From assembly GCF_006345805.1 (NCBI RefSeq), contig NC_043022.1, positions 20,274,001 through 20,338,000 of the forward strand: 64,000 nucleotides of DNA, in the 5' to 3' direction. The first letter of the stretch is position 1, and every line of letters starts with the position of its first letter. The DNA is from Octopus sinensis. Taxonomy: Eukaryota. The position numbers and the translations under genes are program-made. The notes under the pieces are model-generated. The model was not told the origin of the DNA, ran no database searches, and was given only the letters and a program-made list of their open reading frames with translations. Positions 1 through 13,874 of this stretch are shown piece by piece.

Positions 1-492
1 AACGTGTTTTAACCATTACAGCTATTTTCATAATATTCCAGTCTGCATTATGATCAAAGGAATAACTGTTAATAGGGAGCTGCTGGTTTCCACCTACCTT
101 TCATGCCATACGCATGCACACAGACACACATGCAAACACATATATGCACACGTACACTATGATAGACATAGAAACAACACACAAGGTGATACACAGATTA
201 ACAGGTTGATAGGTGTGTGTGTATATTTGTACATATATTTGGCGTATATCAATATATTGTCATATTGTGTTATAGACATAAGCATGCCTGTGTGGTTAAG
301 AAGCTTGCTTCCTGGTCACATGTCTTGGGTTCAGTCCCACTGCACAGCTGGCACCTTGGGAAATGTCTTCTCTGTTTTCTGGCCAACTAAAGTTTTGTTA
401 GTAGATTTGGTAGATGGAAGCTGAAAGAAGCCAGTTGTCATGTGTGTGTGTGTTTGTGTGTATATCTACGTTTCTATCTGTCTACCTGTTTG

Positions 493-610
<118 letters not shown>

Positions 611-651
611 GACAAACAGGTAGACAGATAGAAACGTAGATATACACACAA

Positions 652-688
<37 letters not shown>

Positions 689-802
689 ATTAATCCAAAC
701 AAGAAAACACAGAAAAAAAGAGAAAAAAAAGGGAAAAAACACAGCAACGCAGGACGTGGAACAATTAAAGTATTATTGACGCTCAGGAAAGAAGGGAAGG
801 AG

Positions 803-840
803 GGTTTAACGTTTCGAGCGGAGCTCTTCGTCGGAAACAA
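803..840 (-). ncRNA. Minimal type I hammerhead-like motif in a Penelope-type repeat (about 680-910)
   Basis: Minus strand gttt-CCGACGA-A-GAGC(tcc)GCTC-GAAAC-GTT-aaac: 4-bp stem I, 4-bp stem II, palindromic AACGTT stem III; U4-to-C core variant. Confidence 0.55.
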
Positions 841-930
841 GGAGAAGGAAAGATCCCAAGGAGGGAAGACAGAGGAGAAAATATTTGAGCTGGTGGTGCT
901 TAAGAGATCACAGATATATATATATATATA

Positions 931-1249
931 CAAATATTCTATAATTATAATAGGGGTCAGCTAATTGCTTCACCAACCCTAGCACTTTCAAATTTTATAA
1001 TTGGAAATGCTACACTGAAGAGAGAAGTAAGTAATTAAAACACTTCAATCTCGAAACACGTCTGTGGCTAATCAGAATCGTGTTGATTCATTTGTTTTCT
1101 CTTTGCCTATGTAAAAAAATGTGTTACTGTCGTAGAGATTCTTACAGTAGTAGAAAAGGAATTTTTAGCTCCTATTTCTAAATTCGATATGTGGTGAAGC
1201 AATTATCTGACACCCTATTATAATAATTTTTATAATTATAGAATATTTG
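931..1249. mobile_element. MITE with long terminal inverted repeats
   Basis: 931-974 caaatattctataattataataggggtcagctaattgcttcacc is the near reverse complement of 1193-1249 ggtgaagcaattatctgacaccctattata...tataattatagaatatttg. Confidence 0.75.
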
Positions 1250-1324
1250 TATAATTTTACTTATAACGGTTATTTTAATGTACTGATCTACTTGGTAAAA
1301 TTATTAATCAATTGATTGATTAAT

Positions 1325-1580
1325 TCATCATCATCATCTTTTAACGTCCGCTTTCCATGCTAGCTTGGGTTGGACGGTTTTGACTGAGGGCTGGCGAACC
1401 AGATGGCTGCGCCAGGCTCCAATCTTGATCTGGCAGAGTTTCTACAGCTGGATGCCCTTCCTAACGCCAACAACTCCGAGAGTGTAGTGGGTGCTTTTTA
1501 TGTGCCACCGGCATGGGGTCCAATCAGGCGGTACTGGCAACGACCTCGCTCGAATCTTTTTACACGTGCCACTGCCACTT
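1325..1580 (-). mobile_element. SINE family C ((GAT)n tail)
   Basis: catcatc tail plus the motifs ttaacgtccgctttccatgctagc and ggatgcccttcctaacgccaa, repeated many times in the window. Confidence 0.8.
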
Positions 1581-3562
1581 ATTTAATTAATTTTACCCTT
1601 TTATTATTAATTTGAAATTATATATATATATGTATATATCCTTTGTGTTCGTTTACGGGAAACATTTTGAATATGCATATACAAGCTCCTATTCCATTAT
1701 GCCGGCTACAGCCAAATGATACTACTAACTAGCGATACTAGTTTTTTGAGGTTACACTGAGCTGTGTTGATATAATGTAGGGTAAATGATTACATGAATA
1801 TGATCCACCTGTTGTCATGGATACTACAGACTGTACTGTAATCATCCCAGGAATACAGACTGTGATCTTAAGAAACATGTGATCTGCGGAAACGCGCATA
1901 GCGATGCATGAAAATATTCATAAATTCCATCCATGGATTATCATTATTACTACACACACACACACAGACTTCATTTGCGTATTTGGTTTCTAAGATTCTT
2001 GACATGAATTCGGGTGTTGGTGGGTTGAAACAAATTTTGTTATGTCTAGAGACAGTCATTCTGCCAATAATAATAATAACAACACATACACTGGTTCAGT
2101 TTCACTTCTTTAATGTTAGTCAACTGGTTAAATATCTATCTATCTAACTAATTGATTGTTTAATTTACTGGTTAAACAATCAACTGATTTGTTGGTTGGA
2201 TATTTAACGAACTGACTAACAATAAAGAAGTGAAATTAAATCTGTGTGTGTGTGTGTTATTGACATAATGATCCTCCCAAGTCACAATATATGTGTGTGT
2301 GTTTGTGTCTTTTCTTTTTTTTTTTCTATTTCTAATTAGCTGAAGTCTTCCTGTTAGGAAGCAGCTGGTTTCTAACATAATTGGTATGTAGATAACGAAA
2401 ACAAATTCACATTTTGAACTTGAGAAAGTCTTGCATATTTCTACTGTTTAAGTATGTGTGTGGGTGTGTTTTGTGTACCCTTGTCTAGATGTCATGTAAT
2501 GATTGTGAATGAGAATCATCTTCATCCTGGCAGTGCCCCAGCTTGGCCACAACCTTTGGACTGAAACAAATAAAAGAATACTAGTGAGGTTGTTTGTTTC
2601 TGGCCATGGGAAGATATTACCTTGCTTGGGAACAGGTCAGGGTTTGTGACAGGGAAGGCATCCAGCTGAAGAAAATTTGCCTCAGTAAATTTCATCTGAC
2701 TCATGCAAACATGAAAGAAGTAACTTCAGCCTTGGCAGAATTTGAACTCAGAATGTAAAGGTGGACAAATGCCACTAAGTATTTTGTCCAGCATGCTAAT
2801 GATTCTGCCAGCTTGCCACCTTAATGTTGGACTAATATTAATTAGTCATGATTATCATAATTATATCTATAATTGGTAATTAATTCTTAGGAAATATATT
2901 TTCTGGTTTTGTTATGTATTAATGAAACTTAACACAAGTGTGTCGAAGGAAATGGATGAAAAAGATGAAAATGTATGAAATGAGATAAAAAGAGAAAGAG
3001 AGCAAAAGAAAGAATGAAAAAGAAGGAGAAAGAGGAAAGACAGAAAGAAAGAAAGAAAGAAACAGATATTTCCTTATAAGGAATTTCAGATAGTCCATAT
3101 CTAACAAATTAAATAAAAAATATGTAAGCTAATTCAAAACATATTAATGATATTTTAAATAAAAAAACAAAAAAAAACTAATAAAAACAAAATTACTTAA
3201 TTGAACAATTCTAAATACAACAGACGGAAGGAAAATATTTAATTGAATTCTATTTCTTTTTTTTCAATTAAATTTCCTTGTAGTTTTTTTCTTTTGTTTT
3301 TTTTTTAATTACTTATATTCAATTATTTTAGTATCTGTAACACATACATATATGCATATAGACATACACACACAAACATGCACACACTGACCGGCTGACA
3401 ATAAATCAGAATGGATCTCAGTCTGATTAACTAAACTACAGGTACATCGAATTGGTGTGAAAGTGGCCAAGCATGCATTCTTAACCCATTAGTGCTCCAG
3501 TTTTGTATTTAATTTATTACCAAAAATCTTTTTCTATACAACTTTATCTGATACTAAATATA

Positions 3563-3980
3563 GGCATAGGAGTGACTGTGTGGTAAGTCGCTTGCTTACC
3601 AACCACATGGTTCTGGGTTCAGTCCCACTGCGTGACACCTTGGGCGAATATCTTCTACTATAGCTTCGGGCTGACCAAAGCCTTGTGAGTGGATTTGGTA
3701 GACAGAAACTGTAAGAAGCCTGTTGTATATATGTATATATATGTATGTATATGTGTGTGTATGTGTTTGTGTGTCTATCTTTGTCCCCTCCCCCAACATC
3801 ACTTGACAATCGATGCTGGTGTGTTTACGTCCCCGTAACTTAGCGGTTCGGCAAAAAGAGACCGATAGAATAAGTACTAGGCTTACAAAGAATAAGTCCT
3901 GGGGTCGATTTGCTCAACTAAAGGTGGTGCTCCAGCATGGCCACAGCCAAATGACTGAAACAAGTAAAAGAATAAAGAGA
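3563..3980 (+). mobile_element. tRNA-derived SINE family A, full length
   Basis: Pol III A/B-box-like head (gactgtgtggtaag...gggttcagtccc), central (TA/TG)n, 3' end ...gcagtcaaatgactgaaacaagtaaaaga. Confidence 0.88.
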
Positions 3981-4313
3981 GATATAAAAAGCTTTTTTTA
4001 CAATATTTGAAAGACGCTCTAGTTCTGATGACTAACTAATGATATCTCAGTAAAATACAGGTGTTGCAGAAATATGATGGATTATCCTTCTGGTCCTAAA
4101 AAGAGGACCATGGGCACTAATGGGTTAATATAATTCTCAAGTGGACAGGGTATATCAAGCTTCGTTCTTTAAATTAAGGGTACAATCTATCTAACAGTCT
4201 TATGTACAGCTTTTGTCTACCCAATTTCATTTATGGCCTAGGAGTTAGGGCAGTGGTTCCCAACCTAGGGTCTGTGGACCCCTGGTAGCACGGGGGGGGG
4301 GACTAAATTCAAA

Positions 4314-4350
<37 letters not shown>

Positions 4351-4353
<3 letters not shown>

Positions 4354-4753
4354 TAGCTGTGTGGTAAGTAGCTTGCTAACCAACCACATGGTTCTGGGTT
4401 CAGTCCCACTGCGTGGCATCTTGGGCAAATATCTTCTGCTATAGCCCCGGGCCGACCAATGCCTTGTGAGTGGATTTGGTAGGCGGAAACTGAAAGAAGC
4501 CTGTCGTATATATGCATATATATATGTATGTGTATGTATATGTTTGTGTGTCTGTGTTTGTCCCTCTAGCATTGCTTGACAACCGATGCTGGTGTGTTTA
4601 CGTCCCCGTCACTTAGCGGTTCGGCAAAAAAGACCGATAGAATAAGTACTGGGCTTACAAAGAATAAGTCCCGGGGTCAATTTGCTCGACTAAAGGCGGT
4701 GCTCCAGCATGGCCGCAGTCAAATGACTGAAACAAGTAAAAGAGTAAAAGAGT
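4351..4753 (+). mobile_element. SINE family A
   Basis: Same head, body and tail as 3563-3980. Confidence 0.88.
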
Positions 4754-5533
4754 ATATACATAAATAAAGATAAGCATATTAAAAGGGGTCCGTGGGAAAA
4801 CTCATTTAATTCAAGGTGGTGGATCAGAGAAATTGTTAAAACATCAGACATGATCTCTTGCCTTATCTAGTCCAGCACTTTCCATTCTGAGTTCAAATTA
4901 CATCCCCAAACCACCTTTCACCCTGGGCCTATTTTGGGGGAGAAACATACCATTTGGTGATTGGAGAGAAAAAAAGAAAAAAAAGGGTGATAGACTTCCA
5001 ATGTCAATTAGAGTGCCATGTTGTTTGGTGCAGTATATTCATTGCACCATTCAAACAAGTGCATCACGCACAAACTGGTAAAATAAGATTTTCTGTGTTT
5101 TCTTTGGGGGAGGGCATTGTTGGGTACGGGAAGTTTTAATGCCAGTGTACAGGTCATTATTACGGTGGCTTATTAGCTTGTTCTTCAACATCTATTATCA
5201 GCATTTAATTTGCTTTGATTAGCAAATTCAGTATTTTTGTGTGATTGTATTGATTTTGTTTTTCGTTGTTATTATTATTGTTTTTGTATATTGTGTACAT
5301 TCTTTTGTTCGGTATTTGGACTTCGGCCATTCTGGAGCAACACATTGAAGGGTTTTTTTTTAGTCAATTATATTGATTTCCACGTCCCTCCCACCTCAAT
5401 ACATAGTCTGGCGTTTATGTTTTTTATCGATCTGTTTAAAATGGCTGTGTTCACCTAAGTCAACTTGCCTAATGCTGCAGACTAAATATCACAAAGTATT
5501 TATGTTCAACATAAATTGGCTTTTCTCTCCTTG

Positions 5534-5568
<35 letters not shown>

Positions 5569-5574
5569 TATGTC

Positions 5575-5720
5575 AGGACCAACTTCATGCAAGCATGAAC
5601 GCACGCTGACAAAACGCCATTCCTCTAAATGGAAACTTTACCTGTCATTGTGGTTTTGTGGCACAGAGCAAAGCTGCCTTGCCGTCCACTCTAGAAAATA
5701 CATAGTAAATGATCCACATA
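5575..5720 (+). mobile_element. Degenerate LINE 3' end with C2H2-like motif (RTE-like)
   Basis: GNFTCHCGFVAQSKA/LAVHSRK across a frameshift resembles the C-terminal zinc finger of RTE ORFs. Confidence 0.35.
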
Positions 5721-5907
5721 CACTCAAGTAGGTGCATGACGAGCCACGTGTCGGATGACGAAATAGTTGCAGAGCAACATGAAATGAAGTATTTTGCTCA
5801 TGAATACAATGCAGTGCTTGGTCTGGAAATTGAAACCACAATCTCACAATCATGAGTGCAACATCCTAATCACCAAGACATGTCCTGTCACCACACACAC
5901 ACACACA

Positions 5908-5938
<31 letters not shown>

Positions 5939-5977
5939 CCAGTGGTTGGTTTAACATCGCCTGACATTTGGGTACTC

Positions 5978-6400
5978 TTAGTTAGTTAGTTAGTTAGTTA
6001 ATTTTGGGCTGAAAAAGCAAAAAGCAAGGCCATGTAGGGGGACATGGACTTATGTACAGGGTGGTGCTCATGTAAAGAGTTCAGGCCACTTGTGGTCAAG
6101 GGACACTTTGAACCGAGCGGTCATGCGCATCTTCACCATCTCGTCCGGCAGCTTATTCCACGGATCTGCAACCCAGACGGAGAAAGCCCCTCTCCTTCGA
6201 TTGAGATGAAATCGTCGCAGATAGAGCTTTTTGAAGTAACCCCGCAGCCGACGCTCTGGAGCAGGAGTGAAGAACAGCTCTTTCGAGAGGTTACACTTTC
6301 CGCTTATGATGTTGTGAGTCCACTCTGTTATAAGCATTCAAGCTATGTCTTTCATTTGCGGATGTCTTCCTTGATACTTCCACCACTCCCAGAAGCCCTC
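5978..6400 (-). mobile_element. CR1/L2-clade LINE 3' fragment
   Basis: ORF 6068-6337: RRLRGYFKKLYLRRFHLNRRRGAFSVWVADPWNKLPDEMV...FKVSLD matches the CR1-type ORF2 C-terminus; (TAAC)n tail at 5978-6000. Confidence 0.85.
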
Positions 6401-6899
6401 TAAGGGCCTTCAAGACTGCCAAGGGGCGGGGAGGAAATTATCCTTCAATGGTGGTGGTGGTGGTGGCAGTGGCGTCTTCTTCCTTCTCCTCCTCCTCCTT
6501 TCTTGTTCTTCTTTCTTGCTTTGTTTGTTTCTTTCTTTCTTCAATCCAGAATGTGGAAGGCTGCCATACCTGCAGCTTCATGTTAACTACGAATGCATTG
6601 ACTTGTCTTTCTTTCATGGCATAACCATGAGTAGAGAAGTGGTAGGTGTGCTTGGGGCCAGGAACTTGCTTCTGGAAACAGCCCAGGCATAGTAGAGGGA
6701 GTTCAGTTTATGTCTGCAATACTGATGATGATGACTGAAAGGGTCAACCATTTAGTGTGGGTTTTTTTGTTTTTTTTGTTTTTTATTACCAGCATAGGTT
6801 AACCGGTTCTTCAGATTCTAATTTCTAGCCTGAATTACTTTATTGGAGTTGGTTAGTATTTCTACAGTTGATTTGTTTATCTGTCTTTCCTTCATAACC

Positions 6900-7360
6900 A
6901 TTGCTCTCTCTCTCTCTACTACTACTACTACTATTACCACCACTACCACCACTACTACTACTATTACCACCATCACTCCTCCTCCTACCACCACCACCAC
7001 AACCATCACCCCCCTCTTCCTAGCACTACTAATGCTACTACTAGTACTACCACTACCACACCTTCCATCACCACCATCACTACTACTACCATCACCACAT
7101 CCACCTTTGCTACTGCTACCACACCACCACCACCACTCCTCCATCACTATTACCTCCATTCTGCTACCATCATACTACTTCCTTTTATACCACAAAACTT
7201 CAGTCATTTCTATTACAGCACCTCCATACAACCACACCACTACTCTATATCACCACCATAACCACTTCCAGTGTACCACCTTGACACCATTACTACAACT
7301 ACTACTACCTTGACTCCATCCCCACTGGCACCACTGCTGCCACCACTGCCAATACTATCA
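6900..7360. repeat. Degenerate (ACC/ACT)n trinucleotide tract
   Basis: Direct reading; source of the poly-T/V ORFs. Confidence 0.9.
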
Positions 7361-7479
7361 TTACTAACCAAACCAGTGACTGTGTAGCCATAGACATTTC
7401 TGGACTTCCAGCCAGAAAATGTGTGTATGTATGTGTATATGTGTGTGTGTGTGTTAATTTATTGGCAGGCATATGTGTA

Positions 7480-7489
7480 TGCATCTTTT

Positions 7490-7536
<47 letters not shown>

Positions 7537-7682
7537 GTATATATATATGTATATATATATGTATATATATATGTATATATATATGTATATAATATGTATA
7601 TATATATATGTATATATATATGTATATATATATGTTATATATATGTATATATATATATGTATATATATGTATATATATATGT

Positions 7683-7727
<45 letters not shown>

Positions 7728-7784
7728 CATCATCACCATCATCATCATCATCATATGTTCGTTTTCTGTGCTGGCATGAGCTGG

Positions 7785-7831
<47 letters not shown>

Positions 7832-7894
7832 AATAAAACATATGCATATATACATACATATATGTATATACTTACATCTATATGTATATATACA

Positions 7895-7952
<58 letters not shown>

Positions 7953-7960
7953 ATATATGA
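7480..7960. repeat. Compound (TA)n/(TATG)n microsatellite
   Basis: Direct reading; source of the YIYI ORFs. Confidence 0.95.
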
Positions 7961-8933
7961 GTACAGGACACCACAAATAAACGTAGAACACAACGAGAAA
8001 CGAAAACATAAAATCAAACAAGGAAACGGACTTTTTTTAATAACGAAAAAACAGAGTACAGGACAAACAATACAAGGAAAATTCCCCTTCATCAGCTGCC
8101 CCTGGTTCGACTCAATGCGTGTTTCGAAGGTAAGGGATATATATGATGATGATGATGAAAGACGTGACTCCAGGTCATCAGCATCACTGAGGCTCATCAC
8201 ATGCCTGCTTGAAGAATTCCACGTTTTTCCATAATATTTCTAGCCCCAAATGGCTTATTGTTTATATCTAGCACTATGTCTTTCTCCATATCTAAATTAA
8301 GGATAAAAATAAAGCAACCCTGCAAAACACATCTGATCTTTACACACAGACGTGCAGAATAAGAGCAATCAAATAAAGACAGTGGTGTGCACAACACACA
8401 TCAGCGATCTGACTGTCGCCTGTACTCTTGACAAGAGATGCCAGTTAGTATGTTACACCTACCAGGCTCGTTCGTATTAGCCTGAGTTTCTGGTTAATCT
8501 TTTGTTCGTTTAAGAATATTGTAGAATGGAAACTTTTCATAGATTGGAATTTAAATCATAATCTCTATAGAAATTTATTGTTTCAAGAAAACATTGAATT
8601 TGAATTACTTTTAATTTTTACGATTATAGATAACAATTCGGGCTGTAACTTCTGAGCTCGAGTCAGGCGCGTGTGAACAATGTCAAGAGAATGTCTGCTA
8701 TGAATGATATTTTTTGACATAGGGTATCTCTAAGAAAACTGCCAGACTCTGAATGAATGTAAATGAACTGCGACCAGGCTCAATAAAAAGAGCCCGAGTT
8801 ATTGGCTGCAATTACATACTTGAAGTCAGTTTTGGCAGTAATTAAAACAGCTTGCTAATACACCTTCACTTTACTAAATTTATACTTCGGCTAAGCCTGA
8901 ACAGTGTGAGTGCCAGAGTCACCACTGATATAT

Positions 8934-9312
8934 AGCGGGAGTGGCTGTGTGGTAAGTAGCTTGCTAACCAACCACATGGTTCCAGGTTCAGTCCCACTGC
9001 ATGGCATCTTGAGCAAGTGTCTTCTGCTATAGCCTCGGGCCGACCAATGCCTTGTGAGTGGATTTGGTAGAGGGAAACTGAAAGAAGCCTGTCGTATATA
9101 TATATATATATGTGTGTGTCTGTGTTTGTCCCCTAGCATTGCTTGACAACCGATGCTGGTGTGTTTCTGTCCCCGTAACTTAGCGGTTCGGTAAAAGAGA
9201 CCGATATAATAAGTACTGGGCTTACAAAAGAATAAGTCCCGGGGTCAAGTAGCTCGATTAAAGGTGGTGCTCCAGCATGGCCGCAGTCAAATGACTGAAA
9301 CAAGTAAAGAGT
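8934..9312 (+). mobile_element. SINE family A
   Basis: Full head-to-tail match to the other copies. Confidence 0.88.
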
Positions 9313-10079
9313 ATATATATATATATGGTAAATGAAAGACAGCCGATGGAATATGCGAGAATTTGTTATTAATTGACAATTGTTTCGACACATCTAGCAT
9401 CAATCCCTCACAGGTGGGACACTTCACAACTGGTTCAGGAGCATCTGGTGGTGCAGATGTATCTTGTCGGGTGATAAATAAACACAACTTGTTAAAATAA
9501 CAGTTCTGCAATGTATCCATGCCAGCTAAGCTAAGTTGAATTGTCTATAGTTGTAAGACACCTGCTGTTTTTGTCCTGTTATTACTATTATTGTTTTTTG
9601 TATTTATATTCATGTGGCATCGTCCGTTTTTCTGTCCCTGTTTCGTATACATTCGATCCTTTTTCCAAGAAATCTAATGCTCGTAGCTTAGTTTTTCCTT
9701 GGGGCTGGCCGGATCGGAGCGATCTCAAGATTAATCAGCCAAAATTGCGAGGATGATCCGGTTCTTGACTGAAGATTAGAGACTTCGAATGACCCGTCCG
9801 TTTTTTGTGTCGTCTATTTGAGTGTTTTGCGTTCTTGTCCCATTTTGTATTTTTATATATATTTTTTATACATATATATACACACACACACACACATATA
9901 TACATGCACATATACGTATATACATTCATTTTTCAAAGCGAGCTTCTGTACCACACAGCCAGGAGCGAGCTTATTACTGAATTTTAGGTACAAAATTGGG
10001 GCCACATTATGTCACAGATTGCACTGTACTCTAATTGCTATGGTATGTGTGTGTGTTTTTTCAGTGGGTCACTTGCTGG

Positions 10080-10460
10080 GTAGATTGATATGTAGATATG
10101 TAGGTAGATTGACTGATATACAAACAGACAAACAGAGGGATGGATTGATAGACAGGCAGAGAGATAGGTAGACAGAGGGATAAATAGACAGACAGATAGA
10201 TAGAGAGAGGGGGGAGAGAGAAGAGAACGAGAGAAATATATATATATAGATAGATAGATAGACAGACAGAGAAATGGATAGATAAAGACAGATAGATAGA
10301 CAGACAGACAGAGAAATGGATAGATAAAGACAAATAGAAAGATAAACAGAGAGAGAGAGAGGGATGAATAAATGGATAGAGACAGACAGACAGATTGAGA
10401 GATAAAGAGAGAGAGAGAGATGGATGGATAGATAGATAGATACAAGTAGATAGACAAACA
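10080..10460. repeat. (GATA/GACA/GA)n compound microsatellite
   Basis: Direct reading. Confidence 0.9.
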
Positions 10461-10961
10461 CACATATGCATTCAAAAATAGCCTATCATCATCACCACCA
10501 CAACACCCACACTATCCGCTGCCGCCACCATCACCACGACTACTATTACTACTACTACTTCACAAAACCAGCCATCCTTCCCTCTACAACCAAAATCAGG
10601 TTTCACCCAAAGTTTTGGCTTAAATTACTTCGAAAATTGGCTGGTTTAGGTTGGCAAGGAGTTGAGGAGAAAATCTGATGTGATTGTATTTGACAAATAT
10701 ATTTCCAACAATCTTTCCTTAGGGGCTGCCACTAGATTACCAAGCAGTTTAGAATCAAGATTTACAACTAAGACGACCATATATAGATATAGTACTTGCA
10801 TGTGTATGCATACATATATATATATATATGTATATATGTATATATATATATGTTGATATGTTTATACACACACACATATAGAAGCGTATGAGTGTGTGTA
10901 TGCATTGTGTTAACGTAGGATTTGTTGGACAAGCATACATGTGTATACAGACATGTATGTA

Positions 10962-10997
<36 letters not shown>

Positions 10998-10999
<2 letters not shown>

Positions 11000-11376
11000 C
11001 TCTTTTACTTGTTTCAGTCAATTGACTGCGGCCATGCTGGAGCACCGCCTTTAATCGAGCAACTCGACCCCGGGACTTATTCTTTGTAAGCCCAGTACTT
11101 ATTCTATCGGTCTCTTTTCGCCGAACCGCTAAGTGACGGGGGACATAAACACACCAGCATCGGTTGTCAAGCAATGCTAGTGGGACAAACACACACACAT
11201 ATATATACATATATACGATGGACTTCTTTCAGTTTCCGTCTACCAAATCCACTCACAAGGCTTTGGTCGGCCCGAGGCTACAGTAGAAGACACTTGGCCA
11301 AGGTGCCACGCAGTGGGACTGAACCCGGAACCATGTGGTTGGTTAGCAAGCTACTTACCACACAGCCACTCCTGCA
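10998..11376 (-). mobile_element. SINE family A
   Basis: Reverse-complement match to the family A consensus seen in the window. Confidence 0.88.
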
Positions 11377-11719
11377 TATATATATATATATATATAATAT
11401 ATATATATACATAATAGAAGTGATTGAGGTTTGTAGTGTGTATGGAAACTGAAAGAAGCCTGTCATATATGTATGCATGTATTTAAAAAAAAAAGTAAGT
11501 ACTGGGGTGGATTCATTGAACTAAAATTCTTCAGGGTGGTACCACAGCATGGCCACAGTCTAATGACTGAAACAAGTGAAAGAAAGAAAGAAAGAAAGGA
11601 AAAGGCAATGTATTTGAAAGGAAATATGGCAACTAAAGAATTAAGAACACACAATGATTGAACTTTTGAGTTTTCAAACCATTTTTGGAAGTATTTCTCT
11701 TTGGTTACCAAAAGTCTTA

Positions 11720-12230
11720 TTCTTTTACTCGTTTCTGTCATTTGACTGTGGCCATGGCGGAGCACTGCCCTAAAGAGGTTTTAGTCGAAGAATTTGACCC
11801 CAGGATGTATTCTTTGTAAGCCCAGTACTTATTCTATCAGTCTCTCTTTTGCCAAACCGCTAAGTTATGGGGACCTAAAAACACTAACACCAGTTGTCTA
11901 GCAATTAAGGTTGGGAAGGAAATACAAAGACACACATATATCTATACATGACAGGCTTCTTTCAGTTTCCATCTATCAAATTCACTCACAAAGCTTTGTT
12001 CAGTCCGAGGGCCTTTCATCCTTTCGGGGTCGATAAATAAAGTACCAGTTACGCACTGGGGTCGATGTAATCGACTTAATACCCATGTCTGTCCCCTCTA
12101 TGTTTAGCCCCTTGTGGGTAATAAAGAAATAGCTATAGTAGGAGACACTTGCCCATGGTGCCATGCTGTGGGACTGAACCTAGAACTATGTGGTAGAGAA
12201 TCAAGCTTCTTACCACACAGACACAATTTC
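11720..12230 (-). mobile_element. Degenerate SINE A containing a nested SINE B 3' fragment (about 12010-12131)
   Basis: The family A sequence is interrupted by cctttcatcctttcggggtcgataa...aaagaaata. Confidence 0.7.
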
Positions 12231-12579
12231 TTCAGATAAAATTTTTTTTATTTATATTTTTCTATCTTTTTATTCTATTTAAAAAAATTTTTTTGGTATG
12301 ATTTTAATATTTACTTAAATTTTCGCCTTTGTGTCAGTTAATCAGATAGAGTTGAAGTGTTCTTAGCTTTCATGATTACTTCTGGCACCCAAGAAATCAA
12401 ACTCCATGGCAACCAGGGTATGCTGACATCACAGAGAGTGTGCTTTTTTCTATTTCTATATTTCTGCAAGACTAATCCTGATGGAATACGGAATGATATT
12501 GATATCAAGGTTTTTTGAAACTATTTGGAAAGGATTCCAAATCCTTTGCATATCATAAATGCTATTTCATTTATAAATA

Positions 12580-12752
12580 TGTATATACGTATGTACGTAC
12601 ATATGTATGTGTGTGTGTGTTTTTATATGCACACACACACACACACATACACACACATATATATATACTTCATACACACATGTATATACTTACATAAATA
12701 GAGAGTGTGTGCTTGTGTATCTGCATGTATGTATGTATACGTGTGTGTATGG

Positions 12753-12790
<38 letters not shown>

Positions 12791-13077
12791 ATATATGTAT
12801 AGGTATATATATGTATGTGTGTGTATATAGGTATATGTATGTATGTGTGTGTATATAGGTATATATATATGTATGTGTGTGTATATAGGTATATATATGT
12901 ATGTATATGTATGTGTATATATATATATATATGTATATGTATGTGTATATATATATATGTATATATGTGTGTGTATATATATATATGTATATGGGTAATA
13001 AATCAAATGGTTTATGCACATATTTGTCATATATGTATATGTGTGTCTGTATATATATATATCTATGTGTTTGTGTG

Positions 13078-13128
<51 letters not shown>

Positions 13129-13130
13129 AG
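12580..13130. repeat. Compound (TA)n/(TG)n microsatellite
   Basis: Direct reading. Confidence 0.95.
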
Positions 13131-13471
13131 ATTTTTCCCTCAGACTTCCTATTTTTATTGTACATATATAATCTTTTATCTGCCAGTTCAGTTTCAATTT
13201 TCTCTGTAATTCCACCCCTGGCCCTCAATTAAGGGGACATTTAATGTTTACCAGTTATGTAGAGTTTGCCTTAGGGAGTAATGTCAGATTTTGGTGGGAA
13301 CCACTCCTCCATGGCTGACTTACTGTGAAATGGCTGTGAATGCTTGTGTATATATGTGTATGGATACATAAACACACTGACTCACGTACATTGAATATTT
13401 TCATTAAATATACATACACGCATACATATGTGTGTATATATACATGTGTATATATATATATATGTATATAC

Positions 13472-13539
<68 letters not shown>

Positions 13540-13874
13540 GAAGCAATTATGAAGATAAACAAATTAGACACATCAAATATTTTAAATATATTAAGTACAT
13601 CAAATACAAACTATGCAAATATGTATACATGCAAAAGGTGGAGACTTTCAGATGATGAATTTATATGTATAAATATATTGATATTTATAGTAATAGGTCC
13701 AAGGTACACAGAGTACAATGAACAGAAAATTAAAGGGGTGGAAAAAAGGTATTCTATGCAGAGAATATCGGGATCTCATCTGTGAGCTATATATATGCAC
13801 AAATAATATGGGTGGCTTATTAGTAATTTAACAACCTAAAGACAAATTCATAGTCTGTAACAAATAAATACATA

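Noticed and set aside
12330-12417. Phase-compatible alternative first exon MITSGTQEIKLHGNQG with a gtatgc donor
   Set aside because: No similarity to the Mib/HERC2 domain expected at the MIB2 N-terminus; such matches are expected by chance in 17 kb.
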